Source: Chloroflexota bacterium (GTDB lineage Bacteria; Chloroflexota; UBA11872). Taken from it: DNA of 64,000 nt. Below the pieces are notes generated by a model. The model made no database searches and had not been told where the DNA came from. It was given only the letters and a program-made list of their open reading frames with translations. The DNA lies in assembly GCA_034422315.1 (NCBI GenBank), contig DAOUJT010000190.1:1518-65517 (forward strand), in the 5' to 3' direction. Both the position numbers and the translations under genes were made by a program. Each line of letters starts with the position of its first letter. Position 1 is the stretch's first letter. This document shows positions 59,093 through 64,000 of the stretch, piece by piece.

Positions 59093-61960
59093 GTGGCTGG
59101 CGGGCTGACGGCCGGGGCGTTCATCGATAAGTGGCGGGCGGTGACGCTGAATGAGCGGGCGGTGGCGCAGGAGCACTTCATCGATCTGTGCCGGTTGCTG
59201 GGCGAGCGGACGCCGGTGGAGGCCGACCCGGAGGGGGACGAGTTCTGCTTCGAGCGGGGGGCGCGGAAGGATGGCGGGGGCGGCGGTTGGGCGGACGTGT
59301 GGAAGCGGGGGTGTTTCGCCTGGGAGTACAAGTCGCAGGGCAAGGACCTGGACGCGGCGTTTCAGCAGCTGCGGCAGTACGCGCTGGCGCTGGAGAACCC
59401 GCCGCTGCTGATCGTCTCGGACACGCGGCGGTTCCGGATTCACACGAACTGGACGAACAGCGTCAGCACGGTCCACGAGTTCACGCTGTACGAGCTGGAC
59501 GATCCCGGCACGCGCAACCTGCTGACGTGGGCGTTCAGCGATCCCGAACGGTTGCGGCCGGAGCAGACGCGGCAGGCGCTGACCGAGCAGGCGGCGGCGA
59601 CGTTTGCCGAACTGGCGCAGGGGTTGCGAGAGGCCGGGCACGAGCCGCAGACGGTGGCGCACTTCGTCAACCGGCTGGTGTTCTGCATGTTCGCGGAGGA
59701 CGTGGGGTTGCTGCCGGACCAGATGTTCCGGCGGATGCTGGACCAGGCGCGGCTGCGGCCGGAGCGGTTCGCGGGGATGGCCCGGAGCCTGTTCGCGGCC
59801 ATGCAGGACGGCGGCATGGTCGGGTTCGAGGAGGTGGCGTGGTTCAACGGCGGGCTGTTCGACGACGACACGGCGCTGCCGCTGGACCGGCCGCAGGTGA
59901 ACGCGGTGCGGGAAGCGGCAGGGCTGGACTGGTCGGAGATCGACCCGTCGATCCTGGGGACGCTGTTCGAGCGGGGCCTGGACCCGGACAAGCGCTCGCA
60001 ACTGGGGGCGCACTACACGGACCGCGACAAGATCATGCAGATCGTGGACCCGGTGATCGTGCGGCCGTGGCTGGCGGAGTGGGCGGCGACCAAGGAGAAG
60101 CTGGTCGACCTGCTTGACCGGGCTGAAAAGGCCAAGACGACGCAGACGGCGAGCCGGCGTCGGCAGGAGGCCTCGAAGCGGTTACGCGAGTTCCTGGAGC
60201 GGCTGGCGGCATTCCGGGTGCTGGACCCGGCCTGCGGGTCGGGCAATTTCCTGTACCTGGCGCTGCACGCGCTGAAGGACCTGGAGCACCGGGTGCGGGT
60301 GGAGGCGCAGACGCTGGGTTTGCAGCCGCCGTTTCCGGCGGTGGGTCCGGCGAACGTGACGGGGATCGAGCTGAACCCGTACGCGGCGGAACTGGCGCGG
60401 GTGTCGGTGTGGATCGGCGAGATCCAGTGGATGCGGCGTCACGGGTTCCGCGAAGACCGCGACCCGATATTGAAGCCGCTGGACACGATCGAGTGCCGGG
60501 ATGCGGTGCTGACGGCGGACGGGCAGGAGCCGGAGTGGCCGGAGGCGGATGTGGTGATTGGGAATCCGCCGTTCTTGGGTGCGCGACTCCAGGTGTGGAC
60601 GCTCGGCGAGGAGTACATGTCGCGACTCCGCGAGGTCTTCGCCGACCGCGTGCCGGGCGGCGGCGATTTCGTCTGTTACTGGTTCGCGAAGGCGGGCGAC
60701 CAGATACGGGCAGGTAAAGCACGACGTGCGGGACTTGTCGCGACGAATTCCATCCGGGGTGGAGGAAGCCAAAGGGCCCTTCGTAACGCCACTGACAACC
60801 TCAAGATCTTCGATGCCTGGAGCGACGAGGAGTGGGTCAACGATGGTGCTGCTGTCCGGGTGTCCCTGGTCTGTTTCTCACGCGCGAGCGACTCTGCCCT
60901 CTCAGCCACGAAACTTGACGGTCAAGAAGTCGCGAAAATCTACTTGGACTTATCGGCTGATCACGGTAGCGAGGGCGTCGATCTCACGAAGGCCCAACGA
61001 ATTTCAGCAAACGCGAATGTTGCATTCATGGGCCACGCAAAAGGCGGTCGTTTCGACGTTGCGGGAGAGATGGCCCGTGAGTGGCTGCAACTACCTTCCA
61101 ATCCGCACGGTCGGTCAAATGCCGATGTCCTGAAGCCTTGGATGAATGGACGAGACCTTACGAGTCGGCCGGCCGGGAAGTGGATCGTCGATTTCGGGTG
61201 GACCATGTCAGAAGGTGACGCGGCGCTTTATGAACAACCGTTCCGCTGGGTCAAAGACCATGTCTTTCCGATGCGGCAACGGAACCCGCGCGAGGCGCGG
61301 CGACGATACTGGTACCGCCACATGGATCCACCGCAACGCATGTGGCAGGCCATCGACCAGAAGTCCCGCTACATCGCAACGGCACGAGTCGCCAGACACC
61401 GGCTGTTCGTTTGGTGCGACGCTCGCGTGTGCCCGGATCAGCAACTGATCGTGATTGCGCGCGGTGACGACACGACCTTCGGCATCCTGCACAGCCGCTT
61501 TCATGAACTGTGGTCGCTGCGGTTGGGCACCAGCCTGGAGGACCGTCCGCGCTACACGCCCACGACCACCTTCCAGACCTTTCCGTTTCCCGAAGGTCTG
61601 ACGCCGGACATTCCCGCCGCCGACTACGCCGACGATCCGCGCGCCATCGCCATTGCCGAGGCCGCGCGACACTTGGTCGAACTGCGTGATCGCTGGCTGA
61701 ATCCGCCGGAGTGGGTGGAGTGGGTTGAGGAGCCGGTGGCGGGGTATCCGAAACGGGCGGTGCCGACCAAGGCTGCTCCGGTGCGGGAGCTTCGAAGGCG
61801 GACGTTGACGAATCTGTATAACGAGCGGCCGCAGTGGTTGGTGGATGCGCATGGGGAGTTGGATGCGGCGGTGGCGGCTACCTATGGCTGGGATGCGAAC
61901 ATGCAGGACGCCGATGCCCTAAAGGAACTTCTCAGGCTGAATCTCTCTCTGACCTGCTGA
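59093..61960 (+). CDS. MmeI-family Type IIL (IIG) restriction-modification enzyme: N-terminal PD-(D/E)xK nuclease + N6-adenine methyltransferase + target-recognition domain
   Basis: Nuclease motif D68-x9-E78-x-K80 (WADVWKRGCFAWEYKSQGKDL). Other motifs are LGAHYT, SAM motif I VLDPACGSGNFL (nt 60221-60253), motif IV NPPF (nt 60563-60574) and NSIRGG. The C-terminal ~400 aa form the TRD region. GTG start preceded by GAGGGG. Confidence 0.88.
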   Translation: MAGGLTAGAFIDKWRAVTLNERAVAQEHFIDLCRLLGERTPVEADPEGDEFCFERGARKDGGGGGWADVWKRGCFAWEYKSQGKDLDAAFQQLRQYALALENPPLLIVSDTRRFRIHTNWTNSVSTVHEFTLYELDDPGTRNLLTWAFSDPERLRPEQTRQALTEQAAATFAELAQGLREAGHEPQTVAHFVNRLVFCMFAEDVGLLPDQMFRRMLDQARLRPERFAGMARSLFAAMQDGGMVGFEEVAWFNGGLFDDDTALPLDRPQVNAVREAAGLDWSEIDPSILGTLFERGLDPDKRSQLGAHYTDRDKIMQIVDPVIVRPWLAEWAATKEKLVDLLDRAEKAKTTQTASRRRQEASKRLREFLERLAAFRVLDPACGSGNFLYLALHALKDLEHRVRVEAQTLGLQPPFPAVGPANVTGIELNPYAAELARVSVWIGEIQWMRRHGFREDRDPILKPLDTIECRDAVLTADGQEPEWPEADVVIGNPPFLGARLQVWTLGEEYMSRLREVFADRVPGGGDFVCYWFAKAGDQIRAGKARRAGLVATNSIRGGGSQRALRNATDNLKIFDAWSDEEWVNDGAAVRVSLVCFSRASDSALSATKLDGQEVAKIYLDLSADHGSEGVDLTKAQRISANANVAFMGHAKGGRFDVAGEMAREWLQLPSNPHGRSNADVLKPWMNGRDLTSRPAGKWIVDFGWTMSEGDAALYEQPFRWVKDHVFPMRQRNPREARRRYWYRHMDPPQRMWQAIDQKSRYIATARVARHRLFVWCDARVCPDQQLIVIARGDDTTFGILHSRFHELWSLRLGTSLEDRPRYTPTTTFQTFPFPEGLTPDIPAADYADDPRAIAIAEAARHLVELRDRWLNPPEWVEWVEEPVAGYPKRAVPTKAAPVRELRRRTLTNLYNERPQWLVDAHGELDAAVAATYGWDANMQDADALKELLRLNLSLTC

Positions 61961-61966
61961 CGGGTT

Positions 61967-62122
61967 ATGAGTGACCTCGCACCGCGAAACAATTCCTCGG
62001 TTACCCATCGCCTCTCTACGCCTATCGCCGGCAAATGCCTGCAACTTCTCGACAATCCACAATGCTATATCAACGACTTCAAATGGGCTCCTACTTGGGC
62101 TCCTACTTGGGGTCCTACATAA
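61967..62122 (+). CDS. possible 51-aa small ORF ending in a (W-x-P-T)x3 repeat
   Basis: The ATG is 6 nt after the MmeI-like stop. The translation is MSDLAPRNNSSVTHRLSTPIAGKCLQLLDNPQCYINDFKWAPTWAPTWGPT. It has a weak RBS and falls below the ORF-track size cut-off. Confidence 0.25.
   Translation: MSDLAPRNNSSVTHRLSTPIAGKCLQLLDNPQCYINDFKWAPTWAPTWGPT
62085..62120. repeat. 12-bp tandem direct repeat x3
   Basis: GGGCTCCTACTT / GGGCTCCTACTT / GGGGTCCTACAT, read directly. Confidence 0.9.
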
Positions 62123-62431
62123 TTGATGCACCCAGCGGATTTGGCGGCTCCGATATCATCATCGGATCCTGTGTCCGGTGTGTCCTACACCCATCCATTA
62201 TAGCGGAAATGTAGCTACCGAAAAAGGGGTTGCTACTGTTTCATCTTAAGCGAGGCCGGTGGTAGGTAGGTCAAAGGACCAGCAGGAATAGTGTTGATCC
62301 ACTGACGAGAACCACCTGTCAGTGGCCCTTACGCAGTCGTGCCAGATAAGCAGGGACTGCCGTGCGAGGGGTACATAATAACCTTCCATTACTGACTCGC
62401 CTTCTTGTCAGCTACATTAACTGATCTACAG

Positions 62432-62869
62432 CTAGGGTTCTCGCGCGGGGACCAGACAGCTAACTAATTCAGCGAGTTCATCGGCGATATCACGCTCACA
62501 ACATCGACAACCACAAATATCAGCATGGGCAGGGTTGTCTACGTTGTCACCCTTGCTCTTTTGTTTAGGCGTATGACAAACCTTTAGTGGATAGCCGTGT
62601 GCTGGAAGCACAAAGTCACGAATATCACAAACATTCAGAATTGCGTAACGAGCGTTCGCTCCACGGGTTAGACCAGGACGTGACCTGATCTGTGTCATCG
62701 CTGTTTGAAAGTCAGAACTATAGTATTCCAGCCAATCTACCGATATCTCAGGCCTGTTGTCGTCAAGCATGAATGCTGTGTGGAGAACGGAGCCAAGGTC
62801 AGTTTCGAGTTTACTCTTGCCACAATACCGCGCCACACGATGCCCGTCTTTGATTTTCAATGCCTTCAT
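62432..62869 (-). CDS. hypothetical protein ORF-A (145 aa), Cys/His-rich C-terminal part; last gene of low-GC operon
   Basis: Long ORF in AT-rich DNA. Its ATG directly abuts the TAG of the upstream ORF. The cluster CHTPKQKSKGDNVDNPAHADICGCRCC is at nt 62498-62578. No family was recognised. Confidence 0.7.
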   Translation of the reverse strand: MKALKIKDGHRVARYCGKSKLETDLGSVLHTAFMLDDNRPEISVDWLEYYSSDFQTAMTQIRSRPGLTRGANARYAILNVCDIRDFVLPAHGYPLKVCHTPKQKSKGDNVDNPAHADICGCRCCERDIADELAELVSCLVPAREP

Positions 62870-63601
62870 CTAAAACTCTACGAGGAATGATTCTACAAAA
62901 TGCAATGCATCGTCAGTGGGCAGCACTTCTATATGTCGCTCTTGACCACGCTTTATCTTATACCAAATTGTGTCGTCAGGCAAAAATGCCATTAGAATCG
63001 ACAACCCTTTGCCTGGATCGCCCCACTTTGCTGTGACAGTACCATCACGCTCAACGGCTATCGCAGGACGCTGAATCCAGCGTCTAAAAGTAAGAACCTT
63101 TATTGCAACCTCCAGCGAGGAACAATTAATCGAGCTATACTCAGGGTCTAGATCAGCCTCTGCCCACAACTCGTCAAGTCGATCAGCGATTTCAAAAAAC
63201 CCAGCAAAGCCAAGCATTTTGATTCGCGTATAAATCTTCAGTTCATCGACATATGCTTTGTCAATCTCAATACCTTCAAAGGTCAAACTCTGACTCTCTG
63301 TACTTTCCCGTGCTAAAGCAGGCAGATCTATAGCGCCGCTTCCAAGTAAGGCACCGGCAATAAATGCACGAGTAACTCCGGTTCGCATACGCACCGAATC
63401 ATCAAGGAGACAGCTCCGGATATAGCGATGCAGCGAGTCGCTAGAAAGACTATCGTAATCCTCTTTGGATAATTCGGATTCAGATACTCGATTTTCCCAA
63501 TCAAGCCACAGGCGGTGATGTTGAACACTAGGTAGCCTGATAACTGGCTTAGTCGCAGGAGAATGAAACGTGGCAATTTCTGCCACAGACACCGCCGACA
63601 T
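62870..63601 (-). CDS. hypothetical protein ORF-B (243 aa), middle gene of low-GC operon
   Basis: Long ORF in AT-rich DNA. Its ATG is 1 nt after the stop of the upstream ORF. No family was recognised. Confidence 0.7.
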   Translation of the reverse strand: MSAVSVAEIATFHSPATKPVIRLPSVQHHRLWLDWENRVSESELSKEDYDSLSSDSLHRYIRSCLLDDSVRMRTGVTRAFIAGALLGSGAIDLPALARESTESQSLTFEGIEIDKAYVDELKIYTRIKMLGFAGFFEIADRLDELWAEADLDPEYSSINCSSLEVAIKVLTFRRWIQRPAIAVERDGTVTAKWGDPGKGLSILMAFLPDDTIWYKIKRGQERHIEVLPTDDALHFVESFLVEF

Positions 63602-63602
63602 G

Positions 63603-63998
63603 TCAGCTAAGACCTTGTTCTGACTCGTCGACTCCTTTTGCAGTCTCTACATAGTGACGCAGAGCATTAGTCACTATTTCATGCAAGTCGCGTAGGCGAA
63701 GAGGGTTGATAATGACACGAGCAACCGAAATGATCTCGACTTCGTCCAAATCTTCTAAAGGCTCTTGGTGCAACATGGTACCAGGAGGCAATGGAGGGTT
63801 TATAAAACCCATGTGAAGACAGTATTCGTGTTCATTCGGATTAGCTTGTAAGGCAAACACGTTCACATAAGGTGCCGGATGCGAGTCGTCTATCTTCCAA
63901 ACCTGACGAAGAACAGTAGGCTCAATTTGTTTTGACTCGCCCTGACTTACAGCCTGGTGACCCCTGTTGACAGTTGACTCAGTTTCAGCCATGTTCAA
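63603..63998 (-). CDS. hypothetical protein ORF-C (about 130 aa), loosely DUF3467-like; may be truncated by window edge
   Basis: The probable ATG is at 63992 (MAETEST...), and no upstream stop is visible before the window ends. The pattern YVNVFALQANPNEHEYCLHMGF...VARVIINPLRLRDLHEIVTNALRHY recalls the DUF3467 layout from memory only. Confidence 0.65.
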   Translation of the reverse strand: MNMAETESTVNRGHQAVSQGESKQIEPTVLRQVWKIDDSHPAPYVNVFALQANPNEHEYCLHMGFINPPLPPGTMLHQEPLEDLDEVEIISVARVIINPLRLRDLHEIVTNALRHYVETAKGVDESEQGLS

Positions 63999-64000
63999 GC

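Noticed and set aside
58787-60013. 408-aa minus-strand ORF overlapping the 5' third of the R-M gene and the repeat tract
   Set aside because: Pro/Arg/Gln-rich low complexity. The opposite strand carries the conserved MmeI-type nuclease and helical motifs.
61919-62131. 70-aa minus-strand ORF at the R-M gene/low-GC junction
   Set aside because: It overlaps the 3' end of the R-M gene and the tandem 12-mer. It has no RBS and no coupling to the downstream operon.
62208-62418. 9-bp inverted repeat AATGTAGCT ... AGCTACATT that could delimit a ~210-bp MITE
   Set aside because: A 9-bp match within a 470-bp AT-rich spacer is roughly expected by chance. There are no target-site duplications and no second copy in the window.

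Overview
This is a 64-kb segment of a high-GC bacterial chromosome, roughly two-thirds G+C by eye (not counted). The first ~57 kb is densely packed core genome on both strands. It carries sugar-nucleotide and glycan genes: a phosphomannomutase, cupins, a flippase-like membrane protein, GT2 and GT4 transferases, and a nucleotidyltransferase::PGM-like fusion. It also carries heat-shock genes (hsp20, groES-groEL, clpC), an argC-argJ-argB-argD-argH operon, and hisC, lysC, gyrB, plsX, accD-accA, hppA, uppP, nrdR, xerD and a purine nucleoside phosphorylase. I recognised no rRNA, tRNA, CRISPR array, transposase or integrase. From ~57.7 kb onward the window looks accessory. First comes a 1.4-kb non-coding tract crowded with purine-rich repeats, REP-like hairpins and a perfect 25-bp-stem palindrome. 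Next is a 955-aa MmeI-family (Type IIL/IIG) restriction-modification fusion enzyme whose target-recognition part is compositionally distinct. At ~61.96 kb the composition drops abruptly to low GC. That low-GC DNA holds a convergent, translationally coupled operon of three ORFs (145, 243 and at least 130 aa) that I cannot assign to any family and that runs off the window edge. This cassette next to the R-M gene is my best candidate for an undescribed defence or conflict system. Secondary oddities are: NrdR with a tandemly duplicated zinc ribbon and an NrdR-box-like palindrome upstream of its own gene; a PGM-like domain with all catalytic loops degenerate; a glycoside-hydrolase::cytochrome c fusion; and a divergent GroEL. 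Many long antisense ORFs in the supplied track are high-GC shadow ORFs and were discarded.
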